Source: Phoronis australis (lineage: Eukaryota > Animalia > Phoronida). From it: a DNA stretch of 58,459 nucleotides. Shown one piece after another: positions 1-11,700 of the stretch. Positions within the stretch are counted from its first letter, which is position 1. Each line of letters starts with the position of its first letter. Below the pieces are notes generated by a model, which saw only the letters and a program-made list of their open reading frames with translations, had not been told where the DNA came from and ran no database searches. Where the stretch lies: positions 115,258 to 173,716 of the forward strand of contig NMRA01000235.1 of assembly GCA_002633005.1 (NCBI GenBank), in the 5' to 3' direction. A program made the position numbers and the translations under genes.

Positions 1-667
1 GGGTACAGTAGACTTGTTCTTGGTTGCCACGCGGTGTACTCAGTGTACTCGAACCACGTGCGGGACTCGAAAGGGGAGACGGTGTCTGCTGTCTACTCAG
101 TTCGCGGCTCGTCCCGGGTACAAGGCTCCTTGAGCACATTGGGATTTGCTCTCCCTGTAGCATCTGAGTTATTGTAGACTGCATCGACCGTGGCTGACAA
201 GAAGACAGCACATTCAAATGTTGACCCGTACCTGTTGCAGTGTGTCCCTCAGACTCCGTACAGTCTGACTGGCTATGCAGGGCGTCATCGTCGTAAGCAT
301 TTCGGGCAGGACTGACGACGTCATCATCTAGGATCAAGTCTAACACCACCTGATTTTCCTGACTGAGTTCCACCTCCTTTGGTCCTCCGCCGGTTTCCTT
401 TGCAGCTTTTTTTAGTGATGAAAATTCCTTTTTGGCCTTCATTTTTTAGCGTTTCCAAAAGTCCTTTATCTGTTTATCGTTGCGTTTTTCTGATTGGGGG
501 AACTGTGCAGCCAGTCTGTACCCAATGTCCCTCCAAGCCTGTTGCTTCCGTTGACTTGTTCTGGTGTCACTTTTCTTGTTCTCTATTACATCAATTTTTT
601 CTGCAATGACTTCTGTGAGAAAACGTTTTTCCTCAGGAGAAAAATTTTCCGACCTTTTTCTACTCAT
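1..667 (-). pseudogene. Myb/SANT-like DNA-binding protein (Harbinger ORF/MSANTD-like) with a premature stop
   Basis: MSRKRSENFSPEEKRFLTEVI...KQQAWRDI...QIKDFWKR*KMKAKKE...KETGGGP. The in-frame TAA at 446-448 interrupts the domain, and the frame then stays open to position 1. Confidence 0.8.
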
Positions 668-998
668 TTTATTGATGACAGAGCCACCACGAAAATACTT
701 CTGCACTGATTTTACCTACAACTGTGTGCTAGCTGTCATTGAAACCCACGTGACCACAATTCCATTGAAGCACTTCAATAGCTTTTTTGTTGGGTTTACC
801 AGGCTCTACACAGTGGGGTGCCTTTGATACTTTAAGCCTGGTTTTACTGAACCGGCTACCTGGTCTAGCAAAACCAGGCTTTCAGACTCTTAAACCATGA
901 TGGTGAAATGCAAGTTAGGTCTAAAATTAGACCAGGTTTAGGAAGACCAGGTTTAAGTCTTAAACCTGGTTTTGTTAAACCACCTTTATGAAATCGGC
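1..998 (-). mobile_element. One end of a PIF/Harbinger-type DNA transposon (continues beyond window start)
   Basis: Myb/SANT-like ORF at 1-667. Subterminal AAACCAGG/CCTGGTTT repeats at 830-980. Terminus CTTTATGAAATCGG followed by CTG (reverse complement CCGATTTCATAAAG), which resembles Harbinger TIRs and a CWG target. Confidence 0.6.
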
Positions 999-3767
999 TG
1001 ATGGTGTTGAATATGGTATTCGCATGGAAGCAATCTATCACCACATGCATAGCATTAATGAAGTTCTGTGCAACGAGATATTCCCCGATGGAGAACCTAA
1101 ATGAACATGGCTTGGAGAATAAGGATGCGACGCGTTTGTCGGCTTTATGTGTGTGTGTGTGTGTGTGTTTCTGTATGTGCATATGTGCGCGTATTCATGT
1201 GTGGTGAGCATTAGTTAGGATGGAGAATGTTTAATCCACATGTACGCTTTTAGTGGGTATGGCAATTTCAGAGAAAATAAAGTTCTGCGATTCGCACTCA
1301 AATGCACTCCATGGACATCTGTTAATGAAGAAAAACCCGTCACCAATGAATGATAATGGAAACGACTCATCAAAACCAAACGCTCAGCAAACATTGTGGA
1401 AGTACCAACAACTAAGACGGGCGTTTTCAACATAAATCTGCGCTCCACAGTTTCCAATGAGAAAAATTGTAGGCCTACTTCTCACAAATTCAATTCCGTG
1501 AATTGCAGCATGGACCGCTTTGAGCTTTGCTCGCACATTTCACTCAGTAGTGTGTAAACCTAGAAAATACTGAGGGACGCGTGGCGAATCTAGCGTGAGC
1601 ATGATTCAACAAGTAAGAACGCATTGCAACATTTTGGCCAATTTTATCGCATTTCTTCTGTGAAAAAAATCCACAATAACTTTTCACGAGGAATTCAATT
1701 TTAGAAGAAAAACACATTAACAAAAAAAATAGGCCGGCCTTACCATTTCAGCCAGTATTTTATTGCCGGGAAGACATCGCTAATGGGGCAATTGCCCTGC
1801 ACATAACAATAGAAGCGTAGATCAACTTCCGTGATATCAAGGGCGGATGGTTGCACCGGTTCTCACGGTTGATTTAGAGAAGCTTGCTAAAGTATATAAT
1901 GTATATCTAGGAATCACCGTTCCAGGTGTACATTTGCTTCACTAAGAAAGAAAGGAGCTTGTAAAGTCACAAATATTCGTCACTTACACAGACTGATCTT
2001 GAGTTTAAAGGTATTTTAGGAACGAACCTGCTCTGGAAAGAGAAACGCATCTATTACAACACGGTGTTTCATACCTCACACGTTGTTAACGAACAAATCT
2101 GTAGACAGCGGTGCCGTCCCTACTGTCAAGTGAGTTAGGTTCACACAATGCTTCTACATCACGCGTGATACTTTACCGTGTTAACCTGCAATTTCTGTAC
2201 ACGATTTAGTAAAGATACATGATAAAACAATCATATACATGTCTGCCACAAACACCTCGAGTCACAAGAAAAAAAGCATACATCCTCCATAGAGCTACAT
2301 TATACAATTTTTAGTCAAATTTCCTTCTAGGTCCATAGTTCACTGAAGTGTCGCGCCAACATTTTTTTTAATACAGTGTGTAAACATAGACTGCAACAAA
2401 AACATTCTCCTAGTCCAAAGTCTTTGTTAAGACTTAAAAGTTAAGCCAAAACTTGTCAAAACCGAGCACAATGAACAAAAGTTCAAACTTTTTTGCGGCT
2501 GTGTAAGAATGTTAAATCTCGCCAATTTCGGCCAAAATTGCCTTTTCTCACTTTGTAACTCTGCAGTGAATCTTCACAACTTGATTTTTCCAAATATTGT
2601 CTTGTGGTAGGTGTGGTATTGAACTGGTACACACTTTTGCTAGATGCAGCACACCATTTAAAGAAAAATGAGGAAACAAAAGACAAAATAGTGCACTTGC
2701 CCATCACATAACGTCCTGAATTGAGTAATAGTCTGACATAAGTTGCCCGTATTTAGAGAATCTGTTTGATGCCCCTTCATCAGTGGAGAAAACTGGTTCT
2801 CAAAATTCGGCACCATATGGAATCATTGCCCTGAATTGTTGAGATTTTTACAGAGTTGAAAAAGAGTTCTCGTTTATGTATATTTTGACTACATTCCACC
2901 TGACACAGAGAGCAGATAACAATGATATTGAGATTTTTACCAACATGATATAGAGTTATATTATATATACATGTAGTTATTGACTACATTCCACCTGACA
3001 CAGAGAGCAGGTAACAATGATATTAAAATTTCAAGTCTGAAATTAAATCATTAACAATTGAACTCCAAATGTTACAAGTGAATACAGTTTCCCTTATAAA
3101 AATAGAATCTTAAACCTAATGAAACACCTTGAAAAAACCTGTTTTACAAGTCCAGCAATAAAATTGTTTAACACTGTCTTTCTATTTTACATAAAACAGT
3201 AAATTAAAATCATGATGCCTAAAAATAGACTAAAAGTGCCAATGTCACAAAGTTGATAAAGACAGCCACACAATGTTTGTAATTCAGAAATGTGACACCA
3301 GTTGGCTCTATGAACGGATCATTATCCAGACAAAGTTTGTTCTAACAACTAAATTTATGTACATGTATACACTTGCTATTGGACAAGGATTGACATAGAT
3401 TGGGGGATTGCGACACGCATATCATGCGGAGTTGCAGAACTTTCTAAAATAGCAGCTGTTACATAAAATGTGCCGCGCACAAAGTGATATAAGAATAGTT
3501 GACAACAGGAAACAGAAGGCATTGCAATCTAACTGCCATTCAGTCTTACAAGACAGCACAGCCTGACATCTATGGACAGTTTGTGAAAGTGTATTACCAT
3601 CAGATGTGTCCTAAACAGAATAAACAGTTTTGACATCTGCAGTGCCTTAACATTACCTAGTCCTGGTCAAGTCCTGCTATAATGTAGTTAGTGTCATGAG
3701 GTTACAACACCACACTTAATTTAGGACTGGTACTTCGAAATCGACCAATTACATCACCTGACACTTG

Positions 3768-5457
3768 AACAAGAGCAACGCAGAGCGTTGAAATGCGCCC
3801 ACGAATGCAACGCTAAATGGTGTGCTTCTAGGGTGTTTACTTGTGTGATGAAAATGGCCAGTAGATAGTGCAAAATATTTCGAATCCATCAAAAAACTGG
3901 AAAGCGTAAGTTTTTTAACAGAAAGCTATTTACCACATTACATGAAAATCCGTCAAGAAACTTTAAGAAAAATGAAAAAAATGAAATTGCCACTAGAGGA
4001 CAAAGATTTATCGGATCCGACTGAAAGTTGTCGTCTTCCGTTGTCAACGTCATGTAAATACACTAGCTAAATTTTATAAACATTCTGTAGAGGGCTTAGG
4101 AGATACAGCTAAGGGTGCAAAAAACTGCCACTAGGATGCGCCACAGTAATTGACGCCGGAAAATCATCGTCAAATGTCCAATTTTCACAATCATCCTAAG
4201 AATGATTTGGTTGACAGAGGGAAGACGACAAAAACAGATTAGAAAACAGTAAAAATGGCCACTAGATGGCGCAAAATATATCGAATCCATCTGAAAACCG
4301 GAAAATGTCACCGTTTCTTTAAAAGGAAGCTATTTAAAAAATTTGTCGAGAAACTTCAGAGAAACAGAAAAAAATGAAATTGCCACTAGGGGGCAGTGCT
4401 ACTCGGACCCGTCTGAAAGTCATCGTCTTCTGCTGTTAACTTCATATAAACTCATTTGCTATATTTAATAAAGATCCTGTAGAGTGTTTAGGAGATACAG
4501 CCATGGGCGCAAAAACAAACAAAACTGCCACTAGGAGGCGCCACAGTAATCGAAGTTGTCGCAAAATCATTGTCAACCATGCTCTTTATAGTAAGAACAT
4601 ACATGACAATTTTCAAAGAGTGGTTCGGTTGATGGAGGTGCGGACGCCAAAAAACGACTCGAAAACAGTTAAAATGGCCACTAGGTGGTGCAAACTACCT
4701 TGACTCCATCCAAAAATGGGAGGATAGCGTCACCTCATTAATAGATGCCTATGTGCCAGATTTTATAGAAATCCATCGAGGACCTTTGAAGATACAGAGG
4801 TAAACGTAAAAAACATAAAATTGCCACTAGGAGGCACACCTGTGGTTCAATCTGTCCAAAAGTCGTCGTCGTTCGTTGTCAACTTCATATAAACACATCT
4901 GCTACATTTAATACAGATCTTGTTGAGCATTTAGGAGATACAGCCATGGGCGCAAAAACAAACAAAACTGCCACTAGGAGGCGCCACACTAGTCGAAGTC
5001 ATCAGAAAATCGACAACTGTCCTCTTAAGAGTAAGGACATACATGCCAATTTTCGCAATCATCCTTTGAGTGGTTTGGTTGACAGAGGGGCGGACGCCAA
5101 AAAAACAGACTCAAAATAGTAAAAATGGCCACTAGATGACGCAAAATGCCTCGAATCCATCCGAAAACGGGAGGATAGCGTTACCTCATTAATAGATGCC
5201 TATGCACCAAATTTCATGAAAATCGGTTGAAGACCTTTGAAGATACAGAGGCAAACGTAAAAAACTAAAATTGCCACTAGGGGCCACAGCGGTATTAGGG
5301 TTGGTCCAAAATTCTTCGACCTCCGTTGTCATTCCCATGGGTACACACCTGCCAAATTTCATTAAGATCCTGCAAGGGGTTTAGGAGATACAGCTGCGGA
5401 CGCCCAGACAGAGATGATGGCAATATGTACCCACATATAAATATGTGGGTGCATAAA
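3768..5457 (-). mobile_element. Non-autonomous Helentron/HINE (DINE-1-like) element with an internal ~140 bp tandem array
   Basis: Terminal hairpin ACCCACATAT-AA-ATATGTGGGT (5429-5450). subTIR pair ATGCGCCCAC (3793) / GTGGGTGCAT (5445). Small stem-loop CAACGC-AGA-GCGTTG (3776-3790). Eleven internal subunits arranged as a 3-unit higher-order repeat. A second copy lies at 23093-23382. Confidence 0.7.
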
Positions 5458-5536
5458 AATGAGGCAAAGCTGTTTGTCATTTTAGGAGGCAGTCACAAGG
5501 AGAGCGCTGAAGCCAGTCAGACCTGGTACATGTACA

Positions 5537-5703
5537 TTAGCCGGCAATATCAGCTGGCCTGATCTGACGTTCCCCCTCCAGAACAAAGATGCCCATGGCT
5601 CTTTTCAACAGGTGAATTCCCATCTGACGCTTCTTCTTCATTGGCCAAGTGCTAGACACACCGTAGAAGTCACCTCTCTTCTGATTGGTCAATCTCGACA
5701 GAC
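5537..5703 (-). CDS. ANKLE1: ANKLE1 exon 10 (terminal)
   Basis: GLSRLTNQKRGDFYG...EGERQIRPADIAG*, preceded by an AG acceptor. Confidence 0.92.
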
Positions 5704-8700
5704 CTACAATATACAAGCCAATCAGCAATGAGAAGCTACCAATGGTTAAGCCAGAATATACCTAGTTGATTCAACTCAAAGCTTTAAAATTGGTGTCAGT
5801 GGTTTATGTTGCAACAACTTGACAAACTGTGCCAAAATTTGCTGCTCAAGGAAAACATTGAACTGAAATCCATTCAAAGACAGCAAATAAAAAATCGATT
5901 CTGAGATGTTGCAAAAAAATTAAGAATTCACGAGGCAATGTCACCACAGAAGTATGCCAATCTTCGTCAAGTATAACATTGCAACGCTTATGGGAATGAG
6001 CTGTTTTACTACATCTGTGGCGCTTTTTTATTGTCCATCTTACCAGAGATTAATATTTCTATTTTACTTATCTGTATATTCACCATATTTACTTGTAATT
6101 GTATTAGTCCTAATAAATGACCTTATATCTCTTACCTCGGTCTCCTTTTCATCTCTGGTAACGAGCTTGTGACACAGGTATCAGTTATCTATAGTATCAT
6201 TCGGGACATATGTCGATCACAAAAAATACATAAACAGGGCAAAATTCAACACGACTGCATGTGAATCTTTGTCTGATAGTAAAGGGCAGCGGTGATTTGA
6301 TGTTCTGAAGAGAAGCAAAATGTCTGTTTGGATCCTGTCTCATTGCCAATGAGTATGACCAGTCTTGTAGCACTCGGTGACAATGGCACTCAAAAACTGA
6401 TCGACAATTAAAACTTGAATTGGGAAACAGTTTCTGATGAATCGATTCTAAAAAAATATTCTGATTCCCACCACTAAATGCTGTGCTTTAAAGTACTTGT
6501 TCTTGTTTCCATGGCAACGCACTTGTGTGATAACTAGTGAGTTACTTGGGGGAGGAGAAATGGAACTGAGAGGTTGAGAGGGAAACCCAATGGGGTGAAG
6601 ATGAGGGGTAGATGAGGTGAAGATGAGGGGTAGATGAGGTGAAGATGAGGGGTAGATGAGGTGAAGATGAGGGGTAGATGAGGTGAAGATGAGGGGTAGA
6701 TGAGGGGAAGATGAGGGGCANNNNNNNNNNNNNNNNNNNNNNNNNNNNNNNNNNNNNNNNNNNNNNNNNNNNNNNNNNNNNNNNNNNNNNNNNNNNNNNN
6801 NNNNNNNNNNNNNNNNNNNNNNNNNNNNNNNNNNNNNNNNNNNNNNNNNNNNNNNNNNNNNNNNNNNNNNNNNNNNNNNNNGGGGGGAGGTGAGGGGGGA
6901 GGTGAGGGCAGTAGAACAGAGAAATGTATAACGAATGAGATCGGGACATGTAAGACAGTGGGAGACAGGCGCTGGAAGGACTGAAATAGAGGCCAAAGGT
7001 CGGAAGAAAGAATTTAATGTTTCTTTTTTGTTGAATACAACTTGTGCACTGAATCTCCTAGAGGCACATCAGAAGCAAACAGGTGAAACACGCTCAGTAC
7101 CTACCAGAAGTGTTCACCTGGGATGTTCAAGAAGTATTCACCTGGGAATTTTAAAAAGTTTCTAGATTCAAATGTTGTAGTGTACAAGGTGACTTCATAA
7201 ACAGTTTCTCACCCAGCGCCTCAATCATGCATGCTTCTCTAGTGTACGCCTCCACAGGAATGGTATTTTGAAAGACATGTAGGGAGATAACTCCAAATCC
7301 GCTTGCCCAAATGTCTAAAATTTGTTGCACTTTAGTGGATGCCTGAAAAACAATGGTGCCGTCGTTACATTTTGTGAGAGACAATTGTTGCGCTGGAATT
7401 CAGATTTTGTAACCTGTTTTCTCATCTTTTTATTCAATAAAAGTACGACAAAGATCACACAGTTACAGTGTCCTCACAACATTTAATACAATAACTTTTG
7501 TTTTAGTCAAGGAACACTTAAGGTCAACTTATGTACAGTGCCACTAATATACAAAGGTAACTTAAACATTAAACAAGTAGAGACTATGAGTCACTCATAC
7601 TAAACAAAAAAGGGTCAAAACCTACCCAGCCTTCTATAAATTCATAGTTGTATTTCATTTTGTTTCTGCAAAACGTATCTTTCAGAGGATACTTCCTTTG
7701 AAACAATGGAGGATTTTTGCACTTCAACCCTTGCTTATAAATATGGTACTTGCCAAGACAAAGAAACAAACTGTGTAAAATTGCTTCCTCCTGAACACCA
7801 AACAGAACTGATTGTAAGGACAGTTCTAAACTATGACCAACAGCGTCTTTGAGCCAGTTCTTTACATTAGTCCAAAACTGTTGAGAACCAGCCTAAATTG
7901 GAACTGTCTCGGAGAAACTTCTTCCGTGAATGAATAAATGCAGGAAAGAAACATTGAACCACCATTCTGTACTATCCGGGAGATTAAATTTTTCACTCCA
8001 CTTCATCTGACAATTTGGTTTTTGCAATCTTGAGAGACGATAAAGTGGTTGAATTTTATTCACTTTTTTGACATCTCCAAAAATCCCTTTGCTGTGGTAA
8101 AATATCTTGATGGCTTCCCTCTCTGACAAGACTCCAGTTATTGTACAATGAGTTTTACAGACCATAAAATAAATAAAGTTAGCTGAATGATAAAGTGTAT
8201 TTTTTGTATTAACATAAGAAAACAAACATCAGAATTAAGTAAGTCGCATACATGAGTTATGGCTGTTAGAAACCTCTCAATGTAGAAAAGAGGCTTGTTA
8301 TCTTTTAATATTTTCTAATTAAACCATGTAGACTGATGAAAAGCATCGTTTTCAGGAACTAACAATCTGAATTCATCTACACATTGAAAGACATGTTTCA
8401 AAACACTAGATTATAAGTCATTTGAGACGACTCCCTAAAAAAAGAAATTGCCGAACAATAAGAAATTATTTGAAACTCTCAATAACAGACCATTTATAAT
8501 AAGAAAACTCCCCATGGACTTGTAGTACTGACAAAGTAGACTACAGAACTAAGTAAATAAAACAATAGACTGACAATCATTCTGGATCCACCAAAATCCT
8601 ACTTTTGAACCAAAGTCTTGCGACAATTTTTTATTATGTTTTACCATTCCATACAAAACAGTAAAAAAAATTGTTCAGCTGAATCAGGAAGGTCTGTGGA

Positions 8701-11700
8701 GGGGACAAGACTTGTAAAAAGACGAATAAGTTTTGGTATAATTATAAATTCACAACTGTTATTCTTCCAAAAAGTGTCAAGTTTCTTTTTCCCCACGCCT
8801 ATAGCCTTCTTTATTTCACCAAGCTCACTGTAAAAATTCAGGTTGGGAATTTTACTTCAACCACTGTAGAATTGAATACCCAGTAAAGAGATTTCTGATG
8901 TTGCCTATTTCAATTTTACGTCATAGTACATTTCTGACCACTACTTTTCATAGATTTTATTCAGAAACAATTTTTTCCAGATTAGGTTTTAGACGAGAAT
9001 GTTTTGCAAATTGGTTTGAAATGTGAAGTGTTTTCCGCATAGACTGCTCTGAGGTATAACCGTATCATCTGCACTGAGGTATAACTGTATCATCTGCACT
9101 GAGTTATAACCGTATCATCTGCACTGAGGTATAACTGTATCATCTGCATTCTGCATCAGTTTGTATTCAACCGATCTGGCCCGGATACCCTTAACACTGT
9201 TGTCTAAACTAAAGAGCCAGCCCATAACCTCTGTACTTAGGATAAAAAGGTATGGTGATAACAAAACACCTTACCTGCAACCACATGCACCCGATGTCAA
9301 AAAAGTGCGACTCCGTTCTTTATAACACATTGCTTTGCACTTCTGTTTTATTAGTACATGTACCCATTTTTTATAGAGTAACCAAGATTAAAGAAATTTA
9401 GAACCTTGTCAATAAAAGACCAAGACAATGATTCAAATGTCATTCCGAAGTTCACCAACTCAAGCATACCAAGCTTATTTAACTTCAGTAAACTGCATCG
9501 AGTCATTAATGTCTGCGCTGCATTTTCCGCTATAAAAATGCCCAGAGAAAACCCCCTCGTGGTCAGGGTGTATTATCTTTTGTATTAAAGAACGAACTTT
9601 ATTTTGAAAACTTTGTTAATAAATTCCCACGGACAACTAATTCAAGAAAACAATCTCCAGTAGAGGTTTATGAGCTCTCTTAGCATCAAGAACCACTTAA
9701 AGTGCTAAAAATTACCAAATTCATATCAAAAACACCAGAAAACAATATCACCAGTCAATCAGTTGTCAAATAAGAACACCCGCAAACACTACTGGTTGAA
9801 GCAGATTACGTAAAATCGAGGCAAAACGATCGCAACATTTGTTTAGTGTGATGATGATATAACAAGGAATGATGAGGCATTGAATTTGTGGTGATTGTGA
9901 CAACTTAGTCTTCCACTGAGCTTTGGCTCTTTTCGGAAATGGACATGACAAACTGGCATTGGGTACATCCATGCATCACACTCACATCTGTGGTGCTAAG
10001 AAATTTTCAATTGAAATCACTTTTCTTCTATTTTCCTATTTTTGGATATTGAATTCACATTTGAATTCACAGTTGTGATATGCAGTGTTATAAAGAAAGT
10101 TTACTGATGCTGACAATATACTCACTCATCAAAACAAAGTAAATGGTCATTTCAAGCCCTTTAAACATACCTTTTCCTTGGGGTGTTTCATCTGCTCCAA
10201 CGCCTCATTGAAATGTTGGTAGGGACGACTTCGTTTCCCTTTCCCAATGTAAAAGATTGATTTGATGAATGTTTGAAAGACTTCTTTTTGATCTGAAAGT
10301 GAACATTCATTTTAAATAACCATATTACATAACACTCAAAGACAAAATCTTACCAACTTGGGACAGATAAAATTGTCAAACTCCCACATTCTTCCCTTTT
10401 CAATGGCTCCTAACATTGTTGTAAATTACAAAAATGTTTCAAAATAATCTGTTGGTAGATATCATGATACAGAGCTTGGATATGGCACAGTNNNNNNNNN
10501 NNNNNNNNNNNNNNNNNNNNNNNNNNNNNNNNNNNNNNNNNNNNNNNNNNNNNNNNNNNNNNNNNNNNNNNNNNNNNNNNNNNNNNNNNNNNNNNNNNNN
10601 NNNNNNNNNNNNNNNNNNNNNNNNNNNNNNNNNNNNNNNNNNNNNNNNNNNNNNNNNNNNNNNNNNNNNNNNNNNNNNNNNNNNNNNNNNNNNNNNNNNN
10701 NNNNNNNNNNNNNNNNNNNNNNNNNNNNNNNNNNNNNNNNNNNNNNNNNNNNNNNNNNNNNNNNNNNNNNNNNNNNNNNNNNNNNNNNNNNNNNNNNNNN
10801 NNNNNNNNNNNNNNNNNNNNNNNNNNNNNNNNNNNNNNNNNNNNNNNNNNNNNNNNNNNNNNNNNNNNNNNNNNNNNNNNNNNNNNNNNNNNNNNNNNNN
10901 NNNNNNNNNNNNNNNNNNNNNNNNNNNNNNNNNNNNNNNNNNNNNNNNNNNNNNNNNNNNNNNNNNNNNNNNNNNNNNNNNNNNNNNNNNNNNNNNNNNN
11001 NNNNNNNNNNNNNNNNNNNNNNNNNNNNNNNNNNNNNNNNNNNNGACATGGCACAGTGTCAGTTTAGACATGGCACAGTGTCAGTTTAGACATGGCACAG
11101 TGTCAGTTTAGACATGACACAGTGTCAGTTTAGACATGGCACAGTGTCAGTTTAGACATGGCACAGTGTCAGTTTACAAAAAAATGAGAAAATAAAATTC
11201 CACCAGTCCTCCATATTTGAATAAACAAGACTTTCCATCACATTTACTTCATTTATGGGTGATGCCAACAATGTGTCACTTGTAGGAGTTTCGCAACTCA
11301 CTACACAGGGTTTCCTAGTTTTGGCGATCTCGATTCCTGTTCCTATGGGTATTTTACCAGGTTGCATTTGGCAAGTTAAATGACTATATGTTGTTTCTGT
11401 TTTAAATGTAAGAAACTCACCTCCCATAATGTATCTGTAATGCACGATTATGATGCCGCAGATTATATAAGAGCAAATTTGATCTATAAACCGTTACACG
11501 CACACCTACCCATCCCTCTTGCCCTAGATGGCAGATTTTTTGTAACTCGTGGATCCAACAAAAGGTAGTCAAATGAAGTTTTCGAAATTCCTTCGCGCCA
11601 TTTCCTTGACGGATCTGGAGAGTGAAACAGGTTACACATGTCACCCTCCCACATACTGAGATCAGAGTCAGACACATCGAGACCTCCGTTGAGAGCAGCT

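Noticed and set aside
1930-2135. THAP-like peptide (...RCF...GAVPTV) before a GTGAGT donor
   Set aside because: Lacks the C2CH residues and conserved Trp and has an upstream stop; too weak to call.
3855-5290. CRISPR-like regularly spaced motif array
   Set aside because: The spacers are homologous to one another (tandem repeat subunits), the context is eukaryotic and there are no cas genes.
6448-6996. Long ORFs in the track at 6448-6996, 10410-11111 and 29763-30662
   Set aside because: Artefacts of N runs and minisatellites.
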